DNA from: an uncultured virus (IMG/VR IMGVR_UViG_3300042356_001581)
Taxonomy: Duplodnaviria; Heunggongvirae; Uroviricota; Caudoviricetes
Strand: one strand, 5' to 3'
IMG/VR virus record: IMGVR_UViG_3300042356_001581
Length of the DNA: 64,000 bases
This document shows, piece after piece, positions 34,300 through 43,876 of this stretch (within the stretch, counting starts at the first letter, position 1; every line of letters begins with the position of its first letter). A model generated the notes under the pieces. The model had not been told where the DNA came from. It worked only from the letters and a program-made list of their open reading frames with translations, and made no database searches. A program made the position numbers and the translations under genes.

Positions 34300-35190
34300 A
34301 TGACTACATTAAGCTCACGAGTACTTACTAACTTCAACACTTCAATAGAAAAATACGAGAAGAAAAACTTGACCGATTTGCTTTTAGGGACTAACATATC
34401 TCCTCAAAAGTTCAAACAAATGTTAGTAAATGAATTGGAACGGTCTCCAAAATTGCAAGATGCTTTTTTGAAAAATCCCACTTCTTTTTTTGCTTCGGCT
34501 CTATATTGCGCAGAACTTAATCTTTCTCCATCAAGTTTAGTGGGTGAATTCTACTTTACAGTATCAAAAGAGAGCGTAAAACCAATTTTAGGTTACAAAG
34601 GCTTGGTTGCGCTTTTACTTCGCTCTAACAAGGTTAAAAAGATTTGGGCGGAAATTGTTTATAACGAAGATGATTTTGAGTATGAACTTGGTTTAGAACC
34701 TAAAATGGTACACATTCCAAGTTTTAATTCGATAAAGACTTGTCATAATATCAAATGTATCTATGCTTGTGCTAAAATAGAAGACGAGGTTGTATTTAAG
34801 GTTATGACACTTGAGGAAATAAAAACCATAGTTGATATGCTTGAAACGCCGAGTGAATATTATTTTAACGACAAGAAAGACCCTGAAAAGTGGTCGCTAA
34901 AAAAAGTAGTGCTAAAACAAATGTCGAAGCTTATGCCAAAAGAAGACGATAGGCTATTGAAAGCGGTGTCTTATGATGATAATGTAGAGGGTGGGGGTTA
35001 TTTAGTATTAGACGATAACGATAGCGTTAGAGTAGTGCAGGGTACGATTATCGGTAAGCAAAATAATAGAAAAAAAATTAGCATTTATCAAAACCTATCA
35101 GATTTATCAGAAAATCCATTGTCAATTGAAAATAATGGATTAGATTTGTCGTCTGACATCAAAGTTACTTCTGTAAGAGACAATGAATGA
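34300..35190 (+). CDS. recT: RecT-family single-strand annealing recombinase
   Basis: LNLSP..GEFY, ILGYKGLVALLLRS, VYNEDDFEYELG, KKVVLKQMSKLMP. Confidence 0.85.
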   Translation: MTTLSSRVLTNFNTSIEKYEKKNLTDLLLGTNISPQKFKQMLVNELERSPKLQDAFLKNPTSFFASALYCAELNLSPSSLVGEFYFTVSKESVKPILGYKGLVALLLRSNKVKKIWAEIVYNEDDFEYELGLEPKMVHIPSFNSIKTCHNIKCIYACAKIEDEVVFKVMTLEEIKTIVDMLETPSEYYFNDKKDPEKWSLKKVVLKQMSKLMPKEDDRLLKAVSYDDNVEGGGYLVLDDNDSVRVVQGTIIGKQNNRKKISIYQNLSDLSENPLSIENNGLDLSSDIKVTSVRDNE

Positions 35191-35302
35191 CACTTAAAGG
35201 ACAATAATACTTATTTTTTAATCTCTATTCCAACAAGGTTTTTAATAATTTCTAATTGGAATTTTTTAGATTGTGATTTTTAAATATAGTTTTAAAAAAG
35301 TT

Positions 35303-35334
35303 AAAACCCCATTCTTGAAAAAGTTTGGGGTTTT
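35303..35334. terminator. bidirectional terminator between the convergent arms
   Basis: AAAACCCCA...TGGGGTTTT inverted repeat between recT (+) and 35360 (-). Confidence 0.7.
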
Positions 35335-35359
35335 CTCTTTATAAGATATTCCCTTTTTT

Positions 35360-36547
35360 TTATTGAACTATTACCGTTACATCGTCGCTTCCGCTATTTG
35401 CAGTATAAATATTCCCAAAAGAATCAATAGTTATTCCTGATGGTGCTATACCAGTAGTTCCAATAATTGTTGAAACCCCTAAAGGCGTGATTTTACTTAC
35501 ATCATCAGTACCAGTATTTGCAGTATAAATATTTCCAGAAGAATCAATTGTTATCCCATTAGGATTATTTCCAGTTGTTCCTAAAATCGTAGATACTCCA
35601 AGAGGTGTAATTTTACTGACATCTCCAATACCAGCATTTGCAGTATAAATATTTCCAGAACTATCTATTGTAATTCCAATAGGAAAATTTCCAGTTGTTC
35701 CTAAAATAGTGGATACTCCAAGAGGTGTAATTTTACTGACATTATCAGAACCAGCATTTGCAGTATAAATATTTCCCAAAGAATCAATTGTAATTCCTAT
35801 TGGCGTAGTTCCAGTTGTTCCTAAAATAGTAGATACTCCAAGAGGTGTAATTTTACTTACGTTATCGCTTCCAGAATTTGAAGTATAAATATTACCAGCC
35901 AAATCAATAGTTATGCCTTGTGGTTGTGAACCAGTAGTTCCTAAAATAGTGGATACCCCAAGAGGTGTAATTTTACTTACATTATCAGATTGATTATTTA
36001 CAGTATAGATATTTCCAGAACTATCAATTGTTATTCCGAAAGGGTCTGAACCAGTTGTTCCTAAAATAGTGGATACCCCAAGAGGTGTAATTTTACTTAC
36101 ATCACTTGATGATACATTTGCAGTATAAATATTTCCAGCCGAATCAATAGTTATACCTTGTGGTTGTGAACCAGTCGTTCCAAAAATAGAGCTTCCAGAA
36201 ATACCTATGTTTGAGTAAATATAAAAATCGGACGAAACATAAAGTGTAGTTCCATCTGATTGAAAAAGACCTTGATTAAGCGTGTTGAAAGCAATAGCTA
36301 ATGCTTGGATATTACCACCATTAACTTGCACAGTATATTTTATAGGAGTTGGGTTTGACGTATTAGAGATTACAATACTAGCAGTTAAGATTCCCGAATA
36401 ATTTTCCCCTGATAAATCATATTCGTAAATTACGCTTGGGGGAACGCCTAAAGGGTCTTGAGTACCACCTAATACGCTTACGCTTTGTGGTAAAGTAGTG
36501 TTATTTTGAACGTTAAGGGCAATAGTAGAACTAAAAGGTGCGCTCAT
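35360..36547 (-). CDS. beta-propeller (NHL/Vgb-like) repeat protein with a capsid-protein-like N-terminus
   Basis: Seven 40-aa repeats GTTG..P.GITID..GNIYT.N..S.DVSKITPLGVSTIL (120-bp period). Confidence 0.8.
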   Translation of the reverse strand: MSAPFSSTIALNVQNNTTLPQSVSVLGGTQDPLGVPPSVIYEYDLSGENYSGILTASIVISNTSNPTPIKYTVQVNGGNIQALAIAFNTLNQGLFQSDGTTLYVSSDFYIYSNIGISGSSIFGTTGSQPQGITIDSAGNIYTANVSSSDVSKITPLGVSTILGTTGSDPFGITIDSSGNIYTVNNQSDNVSKITPLGVSTILGTTGSQPQGITIDLAGNIYTSNSGSDNVSKITPLGVSTILGTTGTTPIGITIDSLGNIYTANAGSDNVSKITPLGVSTILGTTGNFPIGITIDSSGNIYTANAGIGDVSKITPLGVSTILGTTGNNPNGITIDSSGNIYTANTGTDDVSKITPLGVSTIIGTTGIAPSGITIDSFGNIYTANSGSDDVTVIVQ

Positions 36548-36548
36548 A

Positions 36549-37028
36549 TTATATTTTTTTATTTTTTATTAAATAATATACAAAAGCACCTATAAATAGT
36601 ATTCCTGTATATTTAACCACTTGTCTGCTGACGAAATAATCTCCTTTTGCAAAGTTAACAAAATGCTCACAGTTGTAATTAATGTGGTCATATTTTTGGT
36701 CTTTCAAATCTTTATAAAGTTGGTCAAGTGTTGCGGAATCCAAATTTGTTTCTTGAATTGAAACAATTTCCCTACCTCCTACAAGCCATTTACTTAAAGG
36801 TTCTTTAATTAAATTACCGCCACTTGAATTAACTTTATCTGGGTGTAAATGCACTATAAAAATTTCATCACCAATTCTCTCAATTATTCCATAATGAATG
36901 TAAAGAGGCATTAGTTTAGATTTTGTTGTTATAGTGTCTCCTGTTTTTAATTTAGAAACTATGTGGCTTCTATTTTCAATCTTTAATTTATAAAGACCTA
37001 ACGCATTAAATTTGTTCGACAAACCCAT
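36549..37028 (-). CDS. LRAT/NC-domain (permuted papain-like) acyltransferase or peptidase with C-terminal TM
   Basis: HYGI...YDHINYNCEHFVN; probable start 37028; TM followed by KNKK. Confidence 0.8.
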   Translation of the reverse strand: MGLSNKFNALGLYKLKIENRSHIVSKLKTGDTITTKSKLMPLYIHYGIIERIGDEIFIVHLHPDKVNSSGGNLIKEPLSKWLVGGREIVSIQETNLDSATLDQLYKDLKDQKYDHINYNCEHFVNFAKGDYFVSRQVVKYTGILFIGAFVYYLIKNKKI

Positions 37029-37473
37029 TGAAAAAATCTTCTTCGTTTTGTTTAAAAAAATAATCATCAAAGAACGTTGGCTCTTTTAAAGCATAGGCGT
37101 TTGATTGTTCCGTTGTATAAAAAATTATATTTTCATCTTCGTTTGGCAGTAAAGTAAAATTTATACTTGTACGTCCGTCAAGAACGAGGTTTTTATTGGT
37201 TGGTTTTATAAATATTGAGCTTTGCTTCTGATAAGGATTAACAGTTGTTACATCTACTGTAACACTTATAGTTCCATTAGAGTCGTAGCTTCTAAAAATC
37301 AAGGGTTGCAATAATTGTTGCGTTGTATTTGATTGTATGTAAATTTCGTCTATTCCATATTGGTAGCTACCCATAGATTCTTGTATTAAAGGATATGGAG
37401 TTCCTTTATTACTTGTTATTGTAAACACTCCATTTGGAAATGTAGTTGTTGCTGGTGCGTATAGTCCTGCCAT
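37006..37473 (-). CDS. paralog of the C-terminal part of the candidate major capsid protein
   Basis: YIQS.T..Q.LQ.L...D.NG...T..PYQ.Q..I...DG.T.I...LPN...FY shared with 61125..61820. Confidence 0.75.
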   Translation of the reverse strand: MAGLYAPATTTFPNGVFTITSNKGTPYPLIQESMGSYQYGIDEIYIQSNTTQQLLQPLIFRSYDSNGTISVTVDVTTVNPYQKQSSIFIKPTNKNLVLDGRTSINFTLLPNEDENIIFYTTEQSNAYALKEPTFFDDYFFKQNEEDFFNGFVEQI

Positions 37474-37475
37474 AA

Positions 37476-38518
37476 TTATTCTTCTTCAGCTATTACTTCT
37501 CCTTTTTTATCCATAGCCCTCAACTTCTTGGTATTTTTGGAAATCATAATCTTAATGCCGTTCTCTTGCAATATCATATTTTTCAACTTGTCCAATTCTC
37601 TTGCGGACTCTCCGTTGGTTATAGCCTCACGCATTGCCTTTAAGCCAACAACCGCTTCGTCTTTTAATTTCTTCTCGTCTTCAGCAACTACTTTTGGTGC
37701 TTGATACTTTTCCACTAAAACATCGTCTGTTTTATCAATACTACTACCATTCTTTTTTGGTTTAAATATCCAAAGAAGAACTAATGCAATTGCGATTGAA
37801 GCTATAAGTGTTTTTGATTCTTTATCCATTTTGTCTTTTTAATTTATAAAATATTAATGCGAGTGCAACAACGCCAACTCCTAATACAATTAAAGATGTT
37901 GTTCTTTTTTTCTTTGTTTCCTCTTGTAAATCTTGTATTTTTTTATCATTAAGGAACTCAATTATTACTTGGGTTTTAGCGACTTCGCTATAAGAAGTTG
38001 CTAAAAGTTTTTTTAATTTTTCTGCTTCTTGTTCGTTAAGTTCACTTAAACGCTGAAGCAGTTCTTGATTTCTTTTATTTTCTTTTTTTGCGTACAAATA
38101 CTGAACTCCTAAATCAATAGCAATTTTAGCTACTTCCGCATAACCAGCTCCACCTGCGTTTAAAAAATTACTATCCATTTGAATTTGATTTAGAAGCCAT
38201 CAAAGAAATAGCGTATATAACCCCTGTTCCTGCGCCAAGACTTGCGACATAAATCCAAGTATCACGAAGCCTTACTGTGCTTTCTTTTTGCAATGATTCT
38301 CGATATTTTAACAAACCGTCTGAAACAATACCCAAACGGTCTGTTTCTGCTTCCGTAGCTATTTGTGCTAAAGTAAGTTTTTCTGTTAATGCTTGTTCCA
38401 TTACTGCTTGATTCCACAATTGCTCTCGTTGTTTTTTAGCTTGTTTTTTAGCCGATTCCGCCCCTAACAAACTTGTTCCAAGTGATACCGCTATACCCGC
38501 TACTGCTATATAAGCCAT
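37476..38518 (-). CDS. three membrane-anchored coiled-coil proteins (37476-37829, 37822-38178, 38171-38518)
   Basis: Terminal hydrophobic helices with basic flanks; overlapping starts and stops. Confidence 0.7.
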
Positions 38519-38520
38519 AA

Positions 38521-39009
38521 TTATTTTTTTAATAGTTTGTAATTTTTATATTCTTCGTATGAAGACACAACAAACATCTCTTCTAATTTTTCTATTTCTT
38601 GTATGTTAGTTGGATTTGGGTGTACATTTACAAAAACAGTATCTTCTAAAGCAAGTGCAAACCTTTTACTTCCTGCATTAGCAGTTCCGTAAAATGGAGC
38701 TTCTATTTCTTTTACTCCTTCTTCGGTACATAACAACAATTTTCCTTTCATTAAAAAAAAAGTATGGTCAGATTTATGAATTTTTCCGATTGCAAACATT
38801 CCTTTTTTTATGAAAATTTCCCTAGTATATATGCCATCTGAAAACGAATGAGTTAAAGGCAACTCGTCTGAATTGCCTATAAATATATCTGGCGAATGAC
38901 TACTTATCAGCAAGTTTTCAATACGTTCAACTTGCTCTATGAAGTTTGAACCGTCTTTTTCAAAAAACATTTCTTGCCCTAGTGTATCTGCTAATTCTGT
39001 ATTTGCCAT
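38521..39009 (-). CDS. cupin-fold phage protein
   Basis: HSFSDGIYTREIFI..G...IGKIHK..H...NVH. Confidence 0.65.
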   Translation of the reverse strand: MANTELADTLGQEMFFEKDGSNFIEQVERIENLLISSHSPDIFIGNSDELPLTHSFSDGIYTREIFIKKGMFAIGKIHKSDHTFFLMKGKLLLCTEEGVKEIEAPFYGTANAGSKRFALALEDTVFVNVHPNPTNIQEIEKLEEMFVVSSYEEYKNYKLLKK

Positions 39010-39065
39010 ATACTACTTAAATTTTTATAAATATAGCAATATTACAAAATTATTTCTTTGGATAA

Positions 39066-39941
39066 TTATTTTAAAGAATTAATTATCAATTTTTTGTCAA
39101 AAACTTCATTTAAGTCATTGTATGGTATTGTGCTAATATCTTGAAACAACAAATATTTTTGATAATGTGAGTGGTTTAAATCAACCTCTCTTGTAGGTTT
39201 GTTTGCGACAATATTAGTGTGAATATCGTAACCAAAAACTTTTGGGTTTGTACCTATCCAAGCAACGTTTGAAGGTAAATTTAAGGCAGTAGCTATGTGC
39301 ATTGCGCTACTATCAATCAATAACCTTTTTTTCGACATACTTAACAAAACTGCAATACTTCTAAAATTGTCAAGGGCTTGTAATGTGTTTGGATATGCTA
39401 TTTGGTCTTCTCTTTTTATATGCAAAATAGAGTAATCATTTTTAAAGCACTCAATTACTTCCTCTACTATCGGTGAGGGAATATCTCTTGTCCAAGAATA
39501 TTTTAAAGGTTGATTTATTGCTCCGCCATTTGTTTGAATTGCCAAAATAGGTTTGTCTAATCTATAAAAAGGTTCAAAGTATTCTTTTTCTGCTTTAAGC
39601 AAGTGCAATTCAGGCATTTCGCCGTCATATTTTAACCCAAACATTTCGCACCAAATTTGAATTAGGTGTTTACTTTCAGTAATAAAATCCGAAGTATGGT
39701 ATGGGTCTGCAACAAAAACTTTGCAGTCTTTGTTATTCATAATGTTTTTCTCGTAAATACCGCTTAACTGGTCGTATTTTAAAACTTTATTTACGTTTGG
39801 ATTGGCAATGAAAACATCAGGATAACCTGTAACAACAATAATGTTTGATTTTTTATATTGTTTTTTTATTGCTTTTAATACTGCGGTAAACATTATGCTT
39901 TTACCTAGCCCACCGTCCACTTGACAAATTATTGTTGACAT
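39066..39941 (-). CDS. glycosyltransferase, GT9-like
   Basis: GGLGKSIMFT, PDVFIANPNV, IDSSAMHIATALNLP..V.W. Confidence 0.75.
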   Translation of the reverse strand: MSTIICQVDGGLGKSIMFTAVLKAIKKQYKKSNIIVVTGYPDVFIANPNVNKVLKYDQLSGIYEKNIMNNKDCKVFVADPYHTSDFITESKHLIQIWCEMFGLKYDGEMPELHLLKAEKEYFEPFYRLDKPILAIQTNGGAINQPLKYSWTRDIPSPIVEEVIECFKNDYSILHIKREDQIAYPNTLQALDNFRSIAVLLSMSKKRLLIDSSAMHIATALNLPSNVAWIGTNPKVFGYDIHTNIVANKPTREVDLNHSHYQKYLLFQDISTIPYNDLNEVFDKKLIINSLK

Positions 39942-39982
39942 ATTTCTTGTTTTTTTTTAGTTATAATTTTTGATTAATTAAT

Positions 39983-40306
39983 TTAGTTTGTGTGTGAGTA
40001 TTTTTTTGTGTAAATTCCATAGTCTGAAAACGTGTACCAAGCTCTTTCGTGAAGAAAGTAAACAATTGGTTTAATACAAATTTCGGTTAGCCCTAAACTA
40101 CCTGCAACCCAAAAATTACCTGTGAAAAAATATGAAATCAAAAAAGTCTGAAAAGAGCCTAAAGTTCTGTAGCTAATTGCTTTTAAAATATGTCTTTTGT
40201 AACTTACTGATTTATGACTTTTGATTAGTTGTAATTCTAAATTGTCATTTTTTAATTGTTTATATTCCTCATTTGAAATTATTTTGAATTTTGTTAAATC
40301 AATCAT
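39983..40306 (-). CDS. DUF2061-like membrane protein
   Basis: RHILKAISYRTLGS...YFLHERAW. Confidence 0.75.
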   Translation of the reverse strand: MIDLTKFKIISNEEYKQLKNDNLELQLIKSHKSVSYKRHILKAISYRTLGSFQTFLISYFFTGNFWVAGSLGLTEICIKPIVYFLHERAWYTFSDYGIYTKKYSHTN

Positions 40307-40340
40307 TTTTTTTTTGAGTTTAATTTGTTATAACGGTATA

Positions 40341-41102
40341 TTAGTTAATAGTAGCTATGTTATTTTTGAATTTTACTTCTTTCGCATCACAAACGATGTG
40401 GTGTTCAATGTCTATATCTTCAAAATTTCCTGTCAAAGTTCTTGTCGAACAGTTAATGACAATTTCACTTGTATAAAACTTATTTCCATTTATAATTATA
40501 AGCCATTTTTTAGAAATGTTTATAGCTAAATTATTGTAGTAAATTCTAACAAAAGAAGTTTCATTTTCTTTTTTTAGTACCACCTCTCTACCCTCAATTA
40601 TGTGTTTTTGAATGGAATCTGTTTTACTAAATTCTTTTTTTTCTGATGGCATTTTAATAAATTTTTGAATGTTATTAAGTAACTGGTTCATAGAAGACGT
40701 TTCATCTACGTTAGTAGTGTCTAAATTGATAAATTTTACAGTAGGTGGCTCATAGTTTTCAACGTGAAAATGTTCCCTACCTCTAATTTCTGTAGTGTGT
40801 ACATAAATTTCAACTACATCTGAATTTGCCTTTAGTTCATCTCTCATATCTTTGTAAGGAGAGACTAACGCTACAATTACATTGTAATTTAAAGAATCTA
40901 AATATTTTGCGATTGCTATTGCTTGGGCTATGTTATTTCTACGTCCTTGCTCCGTATAATCTTTATTATTATTTATTTTTCTCAAATCATCTCCATCAAC
41001 TAAAAATGTCTTTTTAATTGAGTTTTCTGATAAAAATTTGTATAAATGTTTCGCTAATGTTGTCTTTCCTGCGTGGGGTTGACCTGTAAACCAAAAAATC
41101 AT
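40341..41102 (-). CDS. cysC: adenylyl-sulfate (APS) kinase with C-terminal extension
   Basis: IFWFTGQPHAGKTTLA, VDGDDLR, YTEQGRRNNI, VALVSPY, YEPP. Confidence 0.85.
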   Translation of the reverse strand: MIFWFTGQPHAGKTTLAKHLYKFLSENSIKKTFLVDGDDLRKINNNKDYTEQGRRNNIAQAIAIAKYLDSLNYNVIVALVSPYKDMRDELKANSDVVEIYVHTTEIRGREHFHVENYEPPTVKFINLDTTNVDETSSMNQLLNNIQKFIKMPSEKKEFSKTDSIQKHIIEGREVVLKKENETSFVRIYYNNLAINISKKWLIIINGNKFYTSEIVINCSTRTLTGNFEDIDIEHHIVCDAKEVKFKNNIATIN

Positions 41103-41111
41103 AATAAAATA

Positions 41112-41930
41112 TTAAACGTAACCAAAATAGTCGTAAAACCATTTGTAGGTGTTTTTAATACTATTGCATAATACATAACCTAACACGTCATAATAGTCAT
41201 CAGGCTTCATTTCAAACTTCTCTCTTAACGTGTGGTCGCCATATATTCCGTGAACAAGGTCGTTTTCGTGCGTTAATTGAGTAATATTTTCAAAATCGTG
41301 TGATTCATAGTAAGGCAAGTCAAAATACTCGTATAAACGCTTCATTTCGATTTCTGGATTCGCCATTAAATCTTCGTAACGAATAAATAACATTTTTTTT
41401 GCTATTCCTTGCTGAATACAATCTTTTAATCTGTCCATTGAAACTCCAACTGGAACTCCATCTGCCCAAATATTTATCCTTTTGTCTAATGTAGTGCCGA
41501 CTAATTGAGGTGCATTTTGAATATGACTTTCTCTATGTGGGTTTTTACGAAAGTTTTTTTCCATTGAGGAATAAACAGAACGTACATCTCTAACCATACA
41601 AACGATTTTTGGATTTTCGTTTAGCATATTCAATAAATTATAGTGAATACCCCAATCTCTGCTCTTATCGACTATAAATTGTTTAGGCGTAAGGTTATTG
41701 AAAAAACCTTGCATACCAGCTCTACAATACCCTAAAAATGCTTTTTCCATAGCTTCTTTATCTTGCGACAATATAGCTTGGGAATGAGCATAAGTGTTTT
41801 TTGAGCTTAATACTAAATCGCCTAGTCCAGAGGTAGGCGTACAATAAAATTCTGGGTTTTGAGCAATTAAATTCTGAAGCAATGTACTACCGCTTCGTGG
41901 TAAAGAAGAATTAAAAAAAATCTTTTTCAT
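41112..41930 (-). CDS. PAPS-dependent sulfotransferase
   Basis: SSLPRSGSTLLQNL (5'-PSB loop), MVRDVRSVYSS (3'-PB), IRYEDL. Confidence 0.9.
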   Translation of the reverse strand: MKKIFFNSSLPRSGSTLLQNLIAQNPEFYCTPTSGLGDLVLSSKNTYAHSQAILSQDKEAMEKAFLGYCRAGMQGFFNNLTPKQFIVDKSRDWGIHYNLLNMLNENPKIVCMVRDVRSVYSSMEKNFRKNPHRESHIQNAPQLVGTTLDKRINIWADGVPVGVSMDRLKDCIQQGIAKKMLFIRYEDLMANPEIEMKRLYEYFDLPYYESHDFENITQLTHENDLVHGIYGDHTLREKFEMKPDDYYDVLGYVLCNSIKNTYKWFYDYFGYV

Positions 41931-42027
41931 AGTTGTTGTTTGTTACTTGGTTAAAAAAGTCTTTCACTCGGTTTCATTTGAATTAACAAAGAGGAGTTAC
42001 CGAGCAATGACTATTTTATTATTGAAT

Positions 42028-42354
42028 TTATGCTTTTGGGGCAACCACTGGTTGATTGTCTTTTACCGCTTGAAGTTCGGCAATCAAAGCATCAATAAGA
42101 GGTTTTAGTTCAGCATCGTCTTTAACATTAAAACCATTGTTTTTTACTTGCCAACGAACATCATTATAACCAAATAGGTTGATTGCGTGAAATTCTGTAA
42201 TCAGCGTTGGGTTTTCTGTTGGTTTTTTAGCAAATATCCCAGCGATTAAAGGCGTTACAGTTGTTAATGTGTCAGTAGCAACCTTTACAGATAAATCTTT
42301 TGAGTTGATTTGTGTTTCTCCGTAACCGAAGATGTGAATTGTGAAATTTTCCAT
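42028..42354 (-). CDS. hypothetical protein
   Basis: ORF preceded by its own promoter. Confidence 0.7.
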   Translation of the reverse strand: MENFTIHIFGYGETQINSKDLSVKVATDTLTTVTPLIAGIFAKKPTENPTLITEFHAINLFGYNDVRWQVKNNGFNVKDDAELKPLIDALIAELQAVKDNQPVVAPKA

Positions 42355-42390
42355 TTTATTTTATTTTTAAATTATTTATTTTTTGAAACA

Positions 42391-42414
42391 CAAATATAAA
42401 AAAGTATTTCGGTT
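42391..42414 (-). promoter_or_regulatory. promoter with the phage motif, on the minus strand
   Basis: Reverse complement reads AACCGAAATAC-TTTTT-TATATTTG. Confidence 0.6.
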
Positions 42415-42428
42415 TTATTTATTTTTTA

Positions 42429-43856
42429 TTATACAATTGTTAATACACCACTATTACTCCATACAGAACCACTTGGCAAACCAGCACTTGATGTTGGAAT
42501 GTCTTTAATTGAAAGATTATTTACAAATGTTGCACAAGCTCTATCAGCAGTAATATTACTTCCTACAATTATTGCATCAGCACAAGTATTTGTGTTGTTA
42601 TAAAACCCTCCTAAAATAGAAGAAGTATCTCCAGAAGCAATGTTATAACCTCCTCCTAAAATAGAAGAACATTGTCCAGAAGCGATGTTGTTTTTACCTC
42701 CGACAACTGTTGAACTATAATTAGAAGCAACGTTATACGCACCTCCACCAATTGTTGACCAAGTATTAGTAGCACTATTTGTAGAACCCCCTCCAATTGT
42801 TGAACAATAACCCGAAGCATTGTTATTAAAACCCCCTCCAATTGTTGAGTTACTTCCAGAAGCATTGTTATTACAACCCCCTCCAACTGTTGAACCACTC
42901 CCACAAGAAACATTACTATAACCCCCACCAATTGTTGAAGAATCACGACAAGCAATGTTATTTCTACCCCCGCCAATTGTGCTAAAACCATTAGCATAAG
43001 CTGTTACAATATTATTACAACCTCCGCCAATGACATTGCCACCAGTTGCATTATAAGTACTATAAGTATTGGTATTGATAACATTATCACAACCACCATT
43101 AATAACATCTCCGATAAATGGAAAAACTCCCGATTGTTGAGATGGATTTATTGTGTTGGTATTGCCACCTCCAATAGTTGAAGAACTTCCAGAAGCATTG
43201 TTACAAACACCACCGCCAATTGTTGACGAACATCCAGTAGCATTATTAAAATAACCACCACTAATTGTTGCCTTTTCTCCAGAAGCAGTATTTGAAGAAC
43301 CTCCGCCAACTGTTGAACAACCCCCTAAAGCAAAATTGGCATTACCTCCGCCAATCGTTGAAGCAAAATTAGCAGAATTATTGTTAACACCCCCACCAAT
43401 TGTTGAATAATAATTATTAGCATTGTTGTCTCGACCACCGCCAACTGTTGAACAAGGGTAACAAGCAATATTGCCACTACCCCCACCAATTGTTGAGTAA
43501 ACCCCCGAAGCATTATTACTGCCCAAACAAGGTTCAATGCCACTTGCATTAGTATCATACCTAAAAGGGCTACTTCCGCCACCCCCACCGCTAGTATCAA
43601 AACCAAGATTAGTTTCGGCAAAAGCAATAAAACCATTAACTGTAAAAGGTGTTGAAGTACCATCTTCGCAATTTGCCAAAGGTTGATTAAATACAACGGT
43701 TGAGTTTCCTAAATACTTATTGTATATAACGATAAATGGTATTGCATCATACAAGGCTAAAACATCAATTGCACACGAATTTTTCGGCACAACTAATATA
43801 ATAGACCCATTGTATGACACTTGTAAACTTCCGTTTACTATTTCTAATTTTATCAT
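42429..43856 (-). CDS. fibre/spike protein with 14-aa YadA-head-like repeats
   Basis: STIGGG..N.AS repeats; N-domain shared with 45333 and 43877; C-domain shared with 44150. Confidence 0.8.
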   Translation of the reverse strand: MIKLEIVNGSLQVSYNGSIILVVPKNSCAIDVLALYDAIPFIVIYNKYLGNSTVVFNQPLANCEDGTSTPFTVNGFIAFAETNLGFDTSGGGGGSSPFRYDTNASGIEPCLGSNNASGVYSTIGGGSGNIACYPCSTVGGGRDNNANNYYSTIGGGVNNNSANFASTIGGGNANFALGGCSTVGGGSSNTASGEKATISGGYFNNATGCSSTIGGGVCNNASGSSSTIGGGNTNTINPSQQSGVFPFIGDVINGGCDNVINTNTYSTYNATGGNVIGGGCNNIVTAYANGFSTIGGGRNNIACRDSSTIGGGYSNVSCGSGSTVGGGCNNNASGSNSTIGGGFNNNASGYCSTIGGGSTNSATNTWSTIGGGAYNVASNYSSTVVGGKNNIASGQCSSILGGGYNIASGDTSSILGGFYNNTNTCADAIIVGSNITADRACATFVNNLSIKDIPTSSAGLPSGSVWSNSGVLTIV

Positions 43857-43876
43857 AATCTTTTTTTTATTTTATT

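Noticed and set aside
772..34397. Short minus-strand ORFs in the left arm
   Set aside because: Antisense to well-packed plus-strand genes and without recognisable motifs
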